The notes beneath the pieces are model-generated. The model saw only the letters and a program-made list of their open reading frames with translations, had not been told where the DNA came from and did not search any database. A program made the position numbers and the translations under genes. 64,000 nt of DNA, from the NCBI GenBank assembly GCA_963827655.1, contig CAWHCF010000009.1, positions 19,791 to 83,790 of the forward strand, given 5' to 3'. The stretch is from an uncultured Acidobacteriota bacterium (GTDB lineage Bacteria; Acidobacteriota; UBA6911). Numbering within the stretch: position 1 is the first letter of the stretch; each line of letters opens with the position of its first letter. Positions 19,293 through 31,048 of this stretch are shown here, piece after piece.

Positions 19293-19376
19293 GCTGAAAG
19301 AGCGTCCGGGAGCGCGATTCCCTTCCCGTTTTCCCGGCGTTTCTTCGGCCAGGTTTGCATTTAGATAAAAGGTCAC

Positions 19377-20057
19377 ATGCTGGTGCAGATTCCCGAAGTC
19401 CTCAGGTTGCCCGAGGTCGCTCACTACAGGCAAGTACTGGATGAGGCGGACTGGATTGATGGCCGGGCGACGGCCGGGCCCCAATCGGCTCGGGCGAAGG
19501 ACAACATGCAGCTTCCCGAGGAGCATCCCGCCGCGCGCCAGCTTGGCAGTGAACTGATCGCTGCGCTCGAACGCAATACCCTCTTCATGGCTGCGGCGCT
19601 GCCTTCGAAGGTATTCCCGCCCCTCTTCAACCGCTACCAGGCCGGCCAGGCTTTTGGCAATCACATTGACAATGCAATCCGCCAGGTGACCGGGACGCCG
19701 CATCGTATCCGCACGGATCTCTCAGCTACCCTGTTCTTGACTCCGCCGGACGAGTATGATGGCGGTGAGCTTATCGTCGAGGACACCTACGGGGTTCATA
19801 GCATCAAGCTGCCTCCGGGACACATGATTCTGTACCCGGCGAGCAGCCTCCACCGGGTGAATCCCGTGACCCGCGGAACCCGAATCGCCTCCTTCTTCTG
19901 GATCCAGAGCATGGTTCGCGATGATGGCCGGCGCACTCTACTCTTCGACCTCGACATGGCCATCCAGCAGATCGTCGGCGACGTGCCCGACCATCCTGCG
20001 ACTGTGCAGCTTACCGGCATCTATCATAATCTCCTGCGCCGCTGGGCGGAGGTTTGA
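19377..20057 (+). CDS. ybiX: PKHD-type Fe(II)/2OG hydroxylase (YbiX/PiuC)
   Basis: [50 protein letters not shown]. Confidence 0.95.
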   Translation: MLVQIPEVLRLPEVAHYRQVLDEADWIDGRATAGPQSARAKDNMQLPEEHPAARQLGSELIAALERNTLFMAAALPSKVFPPLFNRYQAGQAFGNHIDNAIRQVTGTPHRIRTDLSATLFLTPPDEYDGGELIVEDTYGVHSIKLPPGHMILYPASSLHRVNPVTRGTRIASFFWIQSMVRDDGRRTLLFDLDMAIQQIVGDVPDHPATVQLTGIYHNLLRRWAEV

Positions 20058-20347
20058 GCGGCTGGTTCTCGATCGACCGGGCCGTGTCAGGCGGGTGGAT
20101 CGGACACTCCGCATTTCGCTCGCTCCTGTCCCCGGCGTGCGTGCAGGTCTTGCAGGAAGCACGCGAACCCCAAATCGAGTACACTAAGCGATCGGGTCCT
20201 GACCGGCCGGCGTCATCCTCTCTATGGGGGATGAAATCTGGCGGGCGGCTCACATGGCTGTCGATCTCACGGGGTTGAACAACGCAGTTGTAGTGGGCAC
20301 GGCGCACAGGTGAGAATTCCATGCCAAACCATTAACCCGGGAGAATC

Positions 20348-20854
20348 ATGAAAACTGAAGAACTGCGCGCGTTGCAGGCGCCTCTTAAAGAAAGGTATCG
20401 CCAGGATCCTCAAGCCGCGTATATTACTCTTAAAGCCGAGGGCCGCCTGGGTGAACAGATTACCTGCAAAGTTGATACGGGACGAGCTTTGGTCGAAGCA
20501 GGACTCCATCCGGCCACAGGAGGCGATGGACTCAGCGCCTGTTCGGGGGACATGCTGCTCGAAGCGTTAGTGGCCTGTGCCGGAGTGACGCTGAGCGCGG
20601 TCGCTACGGCCATCGGTGTTGGAATCCGGGGCGGTGTGATTCGGGCGGAAGGTGATCTTGATTTCCGCGGCACAATGGGTGTTGCTAAAGAGACTCCTGT
20701 GGGATTTCAGCGCATCCGGCTTGGATTCGACCTGGACACCGACGGAACCGAGGAGCAGTTGGTGACGCTGATCCGTTTGACTGAACGCTATTGTGTGGTT
20801 TATCAGACGCTGCGCCGGCCTCCGGAGATCGAAGTCTCGCGCGGCGTACACTGA
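20348..20854 (+). CDS. OsmC family protein
   Basis: ACSGDMLLEALVACAG, GDLDFRG, TERYCVV. Confidence 0.9.
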   Translation: MKTEELRALQAPLKERYRQDPQAAYITLKAEGRLGEQITCKVDTGRALVEAGLHPATGGDGLSACSGDMLLEALVACAGVTLSAVATAIGVGIRGGVIRAEGDLDFRGTMGVAKETPVGFQRIRLGFDLDTDGTEEQLVTLIRLTERYCVVYQTLRRPPEIEVSRGVH

Positions 20855-20914
20855 GGCGGAAACGAGGCTCGGACGGCGATTCTGGCAGTGCCAGTCGAGC
20901 GGAAGAGTGAAACG

Positions 20915-22189
20915 ATGGGACACTTGAGAAGACGAGAGTTATTGAAATCCACGCCCCTTGCGGCCGGCGTGCTTGCGGCCGCTCTCCCTTCCCTTTCTGC
21001 GGAAAAAGACGTGGATTGGAACCTGGTGCGCGCCGATTTCCCGTGGCTCAAGCGCCGGCTCTGGCTCACCGCAGCGGACTATCACCCGCTAAGCATCCAT
21101 TCGCTGTCCGCCATGGAACGGCACCTCCGATACAGGACCCACGGTGAGGGCGAGGGGAATTCCCCGTTCGCTGGCGAAGAACTCGAGACCAAGCGGTTGT
21201 TCGCCGAGCTGATCAACGCCAAGGCGAGCGAAATCGCATTTGTGCAAAGCACAACAGACGGGGAAAATATCGTGATCGCAGGAATGCGCCTGGGCGAGAC
21301 CAAAGGGAACGTCGTGATCGACGATCTGCACTACCAGGCGTCGAAGTTTATGTACCGCATGCTGGAGAAGGAGGGCCGGATCGAGCTGCGCGTGGTCCGG
21401 CACACCGAAAGAAACGGTTGCTGGGCCGTTCACCCCGAGGAAATGGAACGCGCTATCGACAAGAACACCAAGCTGGTTTCCCTGGCGCTGGTGTCCAACA
21501 TTAACGGCTATCTGCACGAGGTCCGGCGAACCAGTGAAGCGGCTCACCGTCACGGCGCATTTCTGTATGCCGACATTATTCAGGGAGCCGGTTCGACTCC
21601 GATTGACGTACAGGCGATGGGAATCGACTTTGCAGCTTGCGGCGCCTACAAGTGGCTCATGGGGGACTTTGGTTTCGGGTTCCTGTACGTACGCGAGGAT
21701 CTGCAGGAGAGAGTGGTAAAGCGGTCCCGGTGGGGCGTCCGCCAGTACACCAGTCCGAACAACACGCAGGCGGATTCTCAATTCGCGCTCCGTCCGGGCG
21801 CTGCGCGGTACGAGACGGGCAGTTTCTCTTACATCGGCGGAACCTGCGCGCACGCTGCCCTGCGATACATTCGCGAGCTGGGCGTTGCCAATATTCGGGC
21901 ACACGCGAAGCAACTCACCGAACGGCTACAGAAAGAACTGCCTCGGCTGGGTTACTCTCAGCTCACGCCGCCGGATAACGAGACGCCGATCGTGAGCTTT
22001 CGCGTGCCCGATTACCAGAAAACTGCGGCCAAGCTAAAGAAAGCCTTCGCTGCGACGGTGATTGCATTGCGGAGGTGGGAGTTTACCGAGCCGACCGGCG
22101 AAGTGCGGATCGTGCCGGGGATGAGAATTTCACCTTCGGTCTACAACAATCAGGCGGATATAGAGAGGTTGCTCGAGGCACTGGCTTGA
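20915..22189 (+). CDS. Class V PLP-dependent aminotransferase/lyase with Tat-like signal
   Basis: LRRRELLK, ADIIQGAG, YKWLMG, RYETG, RISP. Confidence 0.85.
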   Translation: MGHLRRRELLKSTPLAAGVLAAALPSLSAEKDVDWNLVRADFPWLKRRLWLTAADYHPLSIHSLSAMERHLRYRTHGEGEGNSPFAGEELETKRLFAELINAKASEIAFVQSTTDGENIVIAGMRLGETKGNVVIDDLHYQASKFMYRMLEKEGRIELRVVRHTERNGCWAVHPEEMERAIDKNTKLVSLALVSNINGYLHEVRRTSEAAHRHGAFLYADIIQGAGSTPIDVQAMGIDFAACGAYKWLMGDFGFGFLYVREDLQERVVKRSRWGVRQYTSPNNTQADSQFALRPGAARYETGSFSYIGGTCAHAALRYIRELGVANIRAHAKQLTERLQKELPRLGYSQLTPPDNETPIVSFRVPDYQKTAAKLKKAFAATVIALRRWEFTEPTGEVRIVPGMRISPSVYNNQADIERLLEALA

Positions 22190-22307
22190 CCTTCACCCTG
22201 TTGCCCACGTCCGGCGCGCAGGCTAAAGCCATTGACCAGAATTCACCGCCCTCGCTTTATCTCGTTCTGGAGTGTCCGGGAAGAACAGTTGACAGTGCGG
22301 GAATCTA

Positions 22308-22553
22308 ATGAAACCTCGTAATCTATTCCGTTTCGTAGTGGGCGGCCGCCAGGAGACTTGTGAGGCATGCCAGCAGCCTTTTCCCTGCGGTTCGCTGCTT
22401 CAAGGGTGCTGGTGCCTGCAAATGAAGTTGTCTGCAGAGACGCGCCAGCGATTGCGAACCAAGTACCATCACTGCTTGTGCCGCGCTTGTCTGGAGAAAG
22501 CCGAGGCAGAGCGTGAAGGAATGGAGGAGTCTGGGCGGGCGCCGACCCTGTGA
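22308..22553 (+). CDS. Cysteine-rich CWC family protein
   Basis: CEAC..F.CG....CWC...CLCRACL. Confidence 0.8.
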   Translation: MKPRNLFRFVVGGRQETCEACQQPFPCGSLLQGCWCLQMKLSAETRQRLRTKYHHCLCRACLEKAEAEREGMEESGRAPTL

Positions 22554-22623
22554 ACAGCCGTAGCTTCTCGATCGGGGCCTCGACAGCTTGCGACAGGAGC
22601 GGTCTTGCCATCGCACGCGTATT

Positions 22624-22992
22624 TCAGATCGTCGGGTTGGCCTTCGGAAGGCCGGCGAGCTCGAGTACCGGCCGGATTTCGATAGTGCCCATGCGCGCGA
22701 CTGGAATCCGAGCTGCTATGCCGATAGCCTCGTCGAGATCCCTCGCGGTGATCAAGAAGTAGCCGCCCAGCTGCTCGCGCGTCTCGGCGAACGGGCCATC
22801 GGTCACCAGAGCTTTGCCGTCGCGTACCTGGACGCTGGTCGCGGTCGAAGTAGGGTGCAACGGCGAGGCGGCCAGATAGTGCCCGCTCGAGGTGAGTTCC
22901 TGGGCCAGCCCCGCGGATTCAACGTAACAGTGTTCCCGCTCGGTCTCGCTCAGGGCCTGTTCGTCTAGGTAGACCAGCAACATGTATCTCAT
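22624..22992 (-). CDS. YciI/DGPF domain protein
   Basis: TDGPFAETREQLGGYF, IEIRP. ATG 22992 with GGAGG. Confidence 0.92.
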   Translation of the reverse strand: MRYMLLVYLDEQALSETEREHCYVESAGLAQELTSSGHYLAASPLHPTSTATSVQVRDGKALVTDGPFAETREQLGGYFLITARDLDEAIGIAARIPVARMGTIEIRPVLELAGLPKANPTI

Positions 22993-23209
22993 CGGTTTGC
23001 CTCCACACAATAAGTCGAACGGAGAATGCCCGGATCGACACTCCGACGGAAATCTTTTATCATAGGAACATGCTCCCGGACGCCAACGCGGCTGTGGATG
23101 CGGTCTATCGCTCGCGTAGTCGAACGAAAGATTCTTCCCAGTGTAAAACTTATTCTTGCCGAATAAGCGAGTTTCGTGGCCACGACCGGTGGCCGTAAAG
23201 GAAGTTACG

Positions 23210-24578
23210 ATGAACGGACGGACTATCTTCCTGCTGGTTATGATTGCCTTTGCCGCAGCTGGGCAGTGGCGCGCCGATGCCGACAACAACACGTCGCACT
23301 CGGACGGCTGGCTCGCCGCTGCGCCGCGCGATGAGATTCGCCCGCAGTTCGATTACCTGCGCACGGGCGGACCGGATGGCAAAGGCTGTCTGGTTATCGC
23401 GGCGGATGATCGCGAAGGGATGCACGGATACTGGAAGAAATCCTTCGCCGTGACAGGCGGCAGGCCCTACCGCTTCTTCGCGCTTCGCAAAGTCAAGAAC
23501 GTCGCTTCGCCGCGCCGCAGTGTCGTGGCGCGCGTCGTCTGGCAGGGTGATGGCGGTAAACCGGTGCAGCGCGACCAGCCCGTTGTCAGCGGCTACCTGC
23601 CGGGCTTCCCGCCGACCGCCGAGCCTGAATACCCGACGGACAAGACGACGGCCGCGGACGGATGGCTGGAAGTCTCCGACACTTACATCGCGCCGAAGCA
23701 GGCCACTCGTGCTGTCGTCGAACTGCATCTGCAATGGGCGCCCCGAGGCAGGGTCGAATGGAGCAGAGTTTCATTTACCGAAACCGAACCGATGGCGCCG
23801 CGGAAAGTGCGGCTCGCCGCAGTACATTTCCGCCCGCAGCGAGACGCGGTTGGTGAGCGCACGCCCATGGGCAACTGCCGACTGTTTGAGCCATTCATCG
23901 CCGAAGGCTGGGCGGCAGGGCGCCGATCTCGTCGTGCTGCCCGAAACGCTGACTTACTACGGGCTGGGCACGAGTTACGTGGACGCGGCTCAGCCGATTC
24001 CCGGCCCGGCTACGGACTACTTCGGCGCGCTGGCGAAACAGCACAACTTGTACATCGTCGCCGGCCTGCTCGAACGCGACCGGCACCTGGTCTATAACGT
24101 CGCCGTGCTGCTCGGTCCTGACGGAAAGATCGCGGGCAAGTACCGCAAAGTCACGCTGCCGCGCGGCGAGATCGAGGGCGGACTTGCGCCGGGCAGCGAG
24201 TACCCGGTTTTCGAGACGCGGTTCGGCAAGCTGGGGATGATGATCTGCTACGACGGCTTCTTCCCGGAGATCGCGCGGCAGTTGACGGCCAACGGCGCGG
24301 AAATAATCGCATGGCCGGTCTGGGGCTGCAACCCGCTGCTGGCTCAGGCCCGAGCCGTCGAGAACCATGTCTACCTGGTCAGCAGCACTTACGAAGACAT
24401 CTCGCGCAACTGGATGCTCACCGCGGTCTACGACCATTCGGGTCGCGCGCTGGCCCACGCCGAGAAGTGGGGCACGGTCGTAATCAGCGAAGTCGATTTG
24501 AATGAGCGGCTGCACTGGGCGAGTCTGGGCGACTTCAAGGCGGAAATTCCGCGCCATCGTCCGGCGGATCCGAAGTGA
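23210..24578 (+). CDS. Secreted carbon-nitrogen hydrolase (nitrilase family), one frameshift near 23905
   Basis: Signal peptide and N-domain in ORF 23156-24097; LPE, YRK, ICYD catalytic triad in ORF 23520-24578. Confidence 0.85.
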
Positions 24579-24636
24579 TGTCTCGGGTATGCCAGTACCG
24601 ACAAGGCGTGCCCAGGATCACGGTTCGAACCCGGTT

Positions 24637-25548
24637 TCAAAAAAGCCCCAGGCTGCGCAGCCATTTGACGCAAAGCTGCGTCCAGCTCGATGGGAGCTTC
24701 TCGTTTTGGCGCACGCCGAAGTCGTGGTCGCCGGTCGCATAGATGTGCAGCTCGGCCGGGATGCCGGCGCGCTTCAAGGCCAGGTACATGAACACGCTGT
24801 TCTCGGCGTTGGAGCCCCCATGGCTCTCCCTGTCGTCGGAGGCATGGGTCAGCAGGATCGGGGGCGTATCGGCTGGAATGCGCAGACCGGGCCAGATTTC
24901 ATCCTTGTCCCTGGCCTTCAGATATCCCGGATAACACACGACCGCGAAATCCGGCCGGCAGCTGACGTCGTCCACGGCGTCGATCCGTTCATAGGTGCGC
25001 TTCTCGAAACTGGTGGCGGTTGCCACAGCTAGATGGCCGCCCGCCGAGAAACCGACAACTCCGATCCGCTTCGGGTCGATTCCCCATTCCGCGGCCTTGC
25101 TGCGGACCAGGCTCACAGCCCTTTGGGAATCGAGCAGCGGGCCCGACGCGGGCTCGCCTCGGACATCCCCGGGGCGACGCGGCACGCGATACTTGAGAAT
25201 TATTCCGGTCATGCCCAGGGAGTTCAGCCAGGCCGCCACTTCCTCCCCTTCGAGTTCCCAGTAAAGGTCCCAGTAGCCGCCTCCCGGATATATCAGCATC
25301 GCCGTTCCTGTGTTTTTATCCTTGGCCGGCTGATAGATCGTGAGGGTCGGCTTGCTGACATTGGTAATCAGCTTGGTTGGCCCGACGATTGGCGATGGAT
25401 GAATGCGGCTGTATTCCTGCCCCGTGATGCCGACGTCTCCGGGAGTTTTCCCCGGCCAGACGTCCAGAACCAGTGGGTCGGCCGCGAATGCGGAAGAGGA
25501 CACTAAAACCCAGACAATCGGCAAGATGGCGGAAGAGATTCGGTTCAT
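24637..25548 (-). CDS. Alpha/beta hydrolase (BD-FAE/esterase-like)
   Basis: Signal peptide, PGGGY, GFSAGG, HDFG. Confidence 0.88.
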   Translation of the reverse strand: MNRISSAILPIVWVLVSSSAFAADPLVLDVWPGKTPGDVGITGQEYSRIHPSPIVGPTKLITNVSKPTLTIYQPAKDKNTGTAMLIYPGGGYWDLYWELEGEEVAAWLNSLGMTGIILKYRVPRRPGDVRGEPASGPLLDSQRAVSLVRSKAAEWGIDPKRIGVVGFSAGGHLAVATATSFEKRTYERIDAVDDVSCRPDFAVVCYPGYLKARDKDEIWPGLRIPADTPPILLTHASDDRESHGGSNAENSVFMYLALKRAGIPAELHIYATGDHDFGVRQNEKLPSSWTQLCVKWLRSLGLF

Positions 25549-25762
25549 TCGGTGCTGCTTGCTTTCGAAACAAATACCACTAGGACACGAAGACACTAAG
25601 GTTCGTTCGGGACTTCGCCCCGAACGAAGGCCCCTAATGAACGACAACATGTTTGTTCGAACGTTTCACCAAGCGCCTAAGAAACACTAAGACACATTAA
25701 TGGCCGGCGATACGTTACCGCATCTATGAAACCAGGTACTAAGGGTTTTTCCTTGCTGCTGT

Positions 25763-26533
25763 TCACTTCACGGCCTTCTCTGCGGGCTCGGGACACGAAT
25801 TCCGGTCCACAAAGAGTGTGCCTTCAAACCGGCTCAACACGGACGCCGGCAGCTCTGTCGTTGGCGTTGGCATTGCGAGCAGCCGGGTCAGTATGTCCCG
25901 CTTTAGAGCGAGGGGCACCATCGTGAATATGTGCGGGGCTGAGAGCATGGCCGGCAATGTCATGGTGATGCCTTTATTCGGGATGGCGCCATAATCTCTG
26001 AAGTTGGGGTCCTCCGAGAGTTGACGCTTGGACTGTTCAGCGATATCCACCACTCGGACCCAGGCAGGGTCCTTGAAGTCTGCTTGAAAAGGCTCGTTCA
26101 AGGCTAAATGACCGGAGGTCCCGATTCCCTGGCAGAGAATATCCATGGGACCGGCCGCGCGCATCAGCGATTCGAAACGCCGTGCTTCGGCATAAGGATC
26201 TGGGGCATTGAACCGCACCAGGTTGAAACTCTTGGGATGAACTTTGTCATAGAGCTGGGTACGGGTCTGGTAACCGCACGTGAACCGTTCCGGAATGTTT
26301 GCATCCCAGAAATCGTCCATATTGAAACAAACCACGCGATTCCACTCGATTCGAGGTTCTTGGACCAGGGCATTCAGGAATGTGATCTGGCTTTCTCCGG
26401 CAGCGAAGATCATGCGGATATCTTCTTGCCGTTTCAGGAGACTTCGCATCTTGTCGGCCACAGCCGCGGCCGACTTCTTTCCCAGATCGTTCTCGTCCTC
26501 ACAGACGACAATCTTTGTTCTTCCGTAGTGCAT
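25763..26533 (-). CDS. Glucosamine-6-phosphate deaminase/6-phosphogluconolactonase family
   Basis: FNMDD, GIGTSGHLALNEP, ITMTLP. Confidence 0.85.
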   Translation of the reverse strand: MHYGRTKIVVCEDENDLGKKSAAAVADKMRSLLKRQEDIRMIFAAGESQITFLNALVQEPRIEWNRVVCFNMDDFWDANIPERFTCGYQTRTQLYDKVHPKSFNLVRFNAPDPYAEARRFESLMRAAGPMDILCQGIGTSGHLALNEPFQADFKDPAWVRVVDIAEQSKRQLSEDPNFRDYGAIPNKGITMTLPAMLSAPHIFTMVPLALKRDILTRLLAMPTPTTELPASVLSRFEGTLFVDRNSCPEPAEKAVK

Positions 26534-26601
26534 TGTGGGCCACTGAATAACCCGAGCATCCTATCATCGGTGGACGCGCGTCGGGACGAGCGGGCGACGG
26601 G

Positions 26602-27962
26602 TTAGACAGCGGCTTTCGCAAGCGCGGCGCTGTGCTTCTGAATCTTCCGAATTGCTTCTACGATGTGGTCGATGTCGCGGCGGTCGGCCAGCAGCAGATT
26701 CTGCGTCATCCCTACTGTCGTCTCGCAGACCTGCCGGTTGCCTTTCAGTTCCTGGAAACTATCGCGATAGGCTTTGAGCCTTTGGGCGCTGAACAGGCGC
26801 TTGAATCCGCGCGAATTGATCGCCTCGTCGAGCAGGCCGTCGAAATATTGCTCGTGATAAACGCTGCTGGAAGGAATCCCTTCGGCGCCGAGCGCTCGGA
26901 TGAACTTGTCGCGCGGCAGTCCGTTGAATTGTTGTGCGTCGTATCGCAACGGGTAGAGATGCCAGACCGCCCGGCTGTTTTCCGGCAAACGCGCGGGCTG
27001 AATGCCCGGAATCTCTTTCAACTGGGAGGTCAGATATTCCGCGTTCTCGCACCGGCGCGCCGTTTCCTGCAACAAGCTTGTCGAACTGCTGCAAGAGGAT
27101 CATGGCCTGGAACTGCTGCATGCGGTAGTTGCTGCCGCGGGTGAAATACGGGCGTTTGCCCTTGAAGCTTCCGGTGGCGCGTCCGACATTGTGGAAGGAG
27201 TGGCATCGGTCCAGGAGTTCATCGCTGTTGCCCGTTACCGCGCCGCCTTCGCCTGATGGCAGATGCTTGGAATTCTGGAAGCTGAAACAAGCGAGGTCGC
27301 CGAGTGTGCCACACTTGCGGCCTTTGTATTCGGCCAGCCAAGCCTGGCAGGCATCCTCGATCACGGCGAGCTTGTGTTTGCGGGCAATCGCGTTGATTGG
27401 GTCCATGTCGCAAGGCATGCCGTAGATGTGTACCGGCAGGATAGCGCGGGTTCGTTCGGTGATCCGGCTTTCGATCGAAGCCGGGTCCATGGTAAGGGTG
27501 GCCGGGATCAGTATCTGCGAATACCGGCAGAGCTTTGTTAATCAGGATCGCGTTGTAGGTCGCGATGAACGTGTAGGGTGACACAATCACTTCGTCGCCG
27601 GCATCCACGTCCATAACCTGGAGGGCGACCAGCAACGCCGTCGTGCCGCTGGCCGTGGCCAGGCAGCGCTTGGCGCCGAGTAGTTTCGCGTAGGCCGTCT
27701 CGAATTCTGCCACGTGCCCCCCGTCGCCGCGGTACCATTGTCCGCTGCGCAAGACCTTGACGATCGCCGGTTCCCAGGATTGCTGCCATACCGGCCACTT
27801 GGGCCAGCCTCCCTGATGCACGGGAGCGCCGCCGAGCAGGGCCGGTTTTGCGGCATCGACGCCCATCGCCATAGGTGCCTTGCGAGCGCTCAGCCAGGTC
27901 AAGGCGGCAGAACCCGCCGTTGCATGCCGTATGAATCTACGCCTTGTGAGAGAGTCTTTCAT
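26602..27962 (-). CDS. DegT/DnrJ/EryC1/StrS aminotransferase with Tat signal, two frameshifts
   Basis: TRRRFI, ASGTTAL, EDACQA, SFQNSKHL..GEGG across three overlapping ORFs. Confidence 0.85.
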
Positions 27963-28063
27963 GGGTGTACATCCCTCAGTTTTAAATTGAGCTGTCTTGG
28001 CTCTTGATGTCGATCTTACACGATGTATCCAGTCGACATCACGTCGAAAAACACTTTACAGGT

Positions 28064-29461
28064 TTACGCGATTCGAACCGGCACTCGGTGGATCGAGTTA
28101 TTCCCGTAACCGAGCTGATTCCACTCAGCCTCTTCGGGTTGTGCGCGGCCGGCCAGGTCCGTGGCACGGGCGCGCAAGACAATCTCACCGGGCTGCTGAA
28201 TCCGGGTGAGCAGCTCCCACCACTGCCAGCTGTGTCGCTTCCGCTCGCTGACAAGACGCGCGTCCTGCCAGGCGCCACCTCCCACACTTACTTCGACGCG
28301 GGCGATCGGCGCGGCGCCTGACCAGGCGACACCACGGATGGTCAGCTCACCACGTGGCGCCACTTGTTGGGGGCTCGGGTCGGTAATCAGCGCGCGTACC
28401 TGCTGGAGCGTGACCGGCTCGCGGATTACTTGCCCGTCTCGTTTCCATTCGTACCAGTATTTTTCGGTCTGATAGTGGCCGGCAAACGGGCGATCGATGA
28501 GCTCGATTTCGGTGAGCCACTTGACCGACGCCACCGCGTACCAGCCTGGCACAATGAGACGCAGCGGATATCCATGCTGAATCGGCAGGGGTTCGCCGTT
28601 CATTGCATGCGCCAGCAGAGCATCAGCATCGCGAGCCTGATCGATCGGAAGGCTGCGCTCGAAATGGATTGGATCCGTGTGTCCCGCAACGGCGCCACCA
28701 TCCGCGCCGCGGAACAGGACCTCTCGAGCGCTGGCGTGGATGCCGGCGCGATCGAGCACTTCCATCAGCGGTACGCCGATCCACTCCGCCGTGCTGACGG
28801 CGCCCAGGCTCCACTTCTCGCCCTCGATTGGCGGATTGAACAAAGTGCGGCCGTTGCCAGCGCATTCGAGCGTGACGACCAGTGTCTTCGACGGCATCTG
28901 ACGAAGGTCGCGCACGCTGAGACTGAGCGGGCGCTCCACCAGGCCGCCAACCGCCAAACGAAAGGTCGATGGATCAAGATCGGGAATTTGAAAGTGATTG
29001 CGGACGTAGAAATGTGCGCTCGGCATGACGACCCCGCCGACGAGCGCCGGGATGGAGGTTTCACAATTTAGCGGATAGGCACGGTGCACGACCAGCCCGG
29101 CTTCGATTGCGTCCTGGCATGCTTCTTCCGGATCGACGGCCGGAACAGCTTCGCTGAGCGGCAGCGCCGCCCCGCAGCCGCCGCTGGCTACGACGCGGGT
29201 GCACGTCGAGGCGGGGTAGATGTCGAGGCTGCCGGCCATCTGGAAGGGCTGTAAGAACTCACGCAGCCTCTCCTCTTCGCCCGCTTCGACGATGAAGTAC
29301 AAGGTGTGCTCGCCCTGGACGACCGCTTCACCTTGAATCTCGATACCGTACTGGCGGACGTTCGGGCGGCTCAGATAATTCAACAGCCAGGCTCCCGCAT
29401 AGGGATCATGGGCAGGGCAATGTTCTGCCGCATGCTGATGCCTGACAACGAAGAGTGCCAT
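28064..29461 (-). CDS. Sulfite oxidase family molybdoenzyme with an extra N-terminal domain
   Basis: FYVRNHF, LECAGNGR, HGYPLRLIVPGWY, SVKWL, C-terminal dimerisation domain. Confidence 0.9.
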   Translation of the reverse strand: MALFVVRHQHAAEHCPAHDPYAGAWLLNYLSRPNVRQYGIEIQGEAVVQGEHTLYFIVEAGEEERLREFLQPFQMAGSLDIYPASTCTRVVASGGCGAALPLSEAVPAVDPEEACQDAIEAGLVVHRAYPLNCETSIPALVGGVVMPSAHFYVRNHFQIPDLDPSTFRLAVGGLVERPLSLSVRDLRQMPSKTLVVTLECAGNGRTLFNPPIEGEKWSLGAVSTAEWIGVPLMEVLDRAGIHASAREVLFRGADGGAVAGHTDPIHFERSLPIDQARDADALLAHAMNGEPLPIQHGYPLRLIVPGWYAVASVKWLTEIELIDRPFAGHYQTEKYWYEWKRDGQVIREPVTLQQVRALITDPSPQQVAPRGELTIRGVAWSGAAPIARVEVSVGGGAWQDARLVSERKRHSWQWWELLTRIQQPGEIVLRARATDLAGRAQPEEAEWNQLGYGNNSIHRVPVRIA

Positions 29462-29684
29462 GGCCGCCTCCGAGGCGATCTTACACTGGATTCGCTTTAT
29501 GGGGCGTTTTATCTCGAGCGCAACGGAAGGCCCTCAGGAGGCCAGCTGAGGTCCAGACGAGCGAGAGTGTATGCCGGCCGACGCGCCTGACAGAAGAGTG
29601 CGTCGGCCAGACCGGACGGCTGGCGGCCAACGGCCGGAGTATACAACCCTGATCCTGACGGGCGAAGCTAGTTTACTACCGTTA

Positions 29685-30972
29685 TCAGGCGGCGCGTTTT
29701 TCCGGCTCCTCGCTCTTCTGGGCAAAACGCCTGCCCGCGTAGATGGCGCACCATACCATAGCCAGGACGACCGGGATGGTGAGCAGGCCCAGGTATCTTG
29801 CGGGAATGGCAAGCGCGGCAAGGGCCAACAAGACGAAGATTGCGGCCCCCTTGGCCAGGCGCTGGACGAACATGCTAGTGAAGGCCCGGGCTTTGTACTT
29901 CTCCTCCGGCGTGGTGACCGAATAGAGGGATTCGCGAGCTGTTTGCTGCACGGAGTAGTTCAGCCCATTGTCAGAAATGACCATGAAGCTGGCCACAAAC
30001 AAGGTGGGAACGGCAAGGAAGGCGGCTGAACTGGCAATCAAGGCGACGGGAAGAACGAGGAGCGCCGTGATGACGCCGAATTTCCGCATCACAAGACTCA
30101 CGAGGAACAACTGGACGATCACCGCGAGCATGTTCGCGATGAAGTAAACCTGCGCCATGAAGGCCTGGGTGTTGGTCACTCCAGAAATGGTCTCCGAGGC
30201 GAGTTTGAACTGGTAGTCCATTATCTGTGAAGCGATCTCATAGGAGGCCATGATCCCGACGATGGCTGCCAGGTAGGGAGACCTTGCCACGAGCCGGAAG
30301 CCCTCGATCGCTTCCTGGAAGTCAAACCCCTTGCTTGCGGCCGACCTGCGCCTTCCGGCGTTCGCGCCCCAGGGCGCCGGACTGGACGAGCTTTTCGAGC
30401 AGGAATACCACCAGCAAAAGAACCGCCATCATCCCCGCGGCCAGAACCAGCAGCCCATCCATCCCGATGGCCTTCAGGAACTCCCTTGCGAAGGTAATGC
30501 CGACCCATCCCCCGATGACGCCGCCGCTTCCCGCTATTCCGAAGAACCTCAGAGCTTGACTCGGTGTCGTGATGTCGGTGGCATAGGCCCAGAACGCCGC
30601 CACCAGCAGGGTGGATTCCAGGTCGCCGAGCAGGTAAAAAATCCAGATCGGTACCGGGCTTGATTCGTCGAGAATCTGGGTGAAGAGCAGGAAACTGAGG
30701 AGAAAGAACAAACAGAGAACGTAAACCAGCTTCCGGTTCATCCGGTCGTACAGATAGGTAAAGGCCACAACCCCGACGGCAGCCACCGCGATGTTCGCCA
30801 GCTTGGCGTAGAGCTCGAGGTCAGCGCCGAGCAATTCGATGAAGAGCCCGTTCTTGAGGGGTTTCAGGATCTGAAAGACTGCAATTACCAGAAAGAAGAA
30901 GGAGAAAAGGAGCACGACGACAGGAATCTCCCTCTTTTCCAGGTCAAAGATTTCTCGAACAGGGTTAGCCAT
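29685..30972 (-). CDS. Npt1/Npt2-like (TLC) MFS transporter, one frameshift near 30320
   Basis: ILKPLK, FWAYATDI, NYSVQQTARESLY...KYKARAF. Confidence 0.8.
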
Positions 30973-31048
30973 GATGACCTCCTGGTCCGGAGTTGAGCTC
31001 AGCCTCGTTTGAGGCACACTTCGACTGTATTCCGTCGGCAAGCATTAG

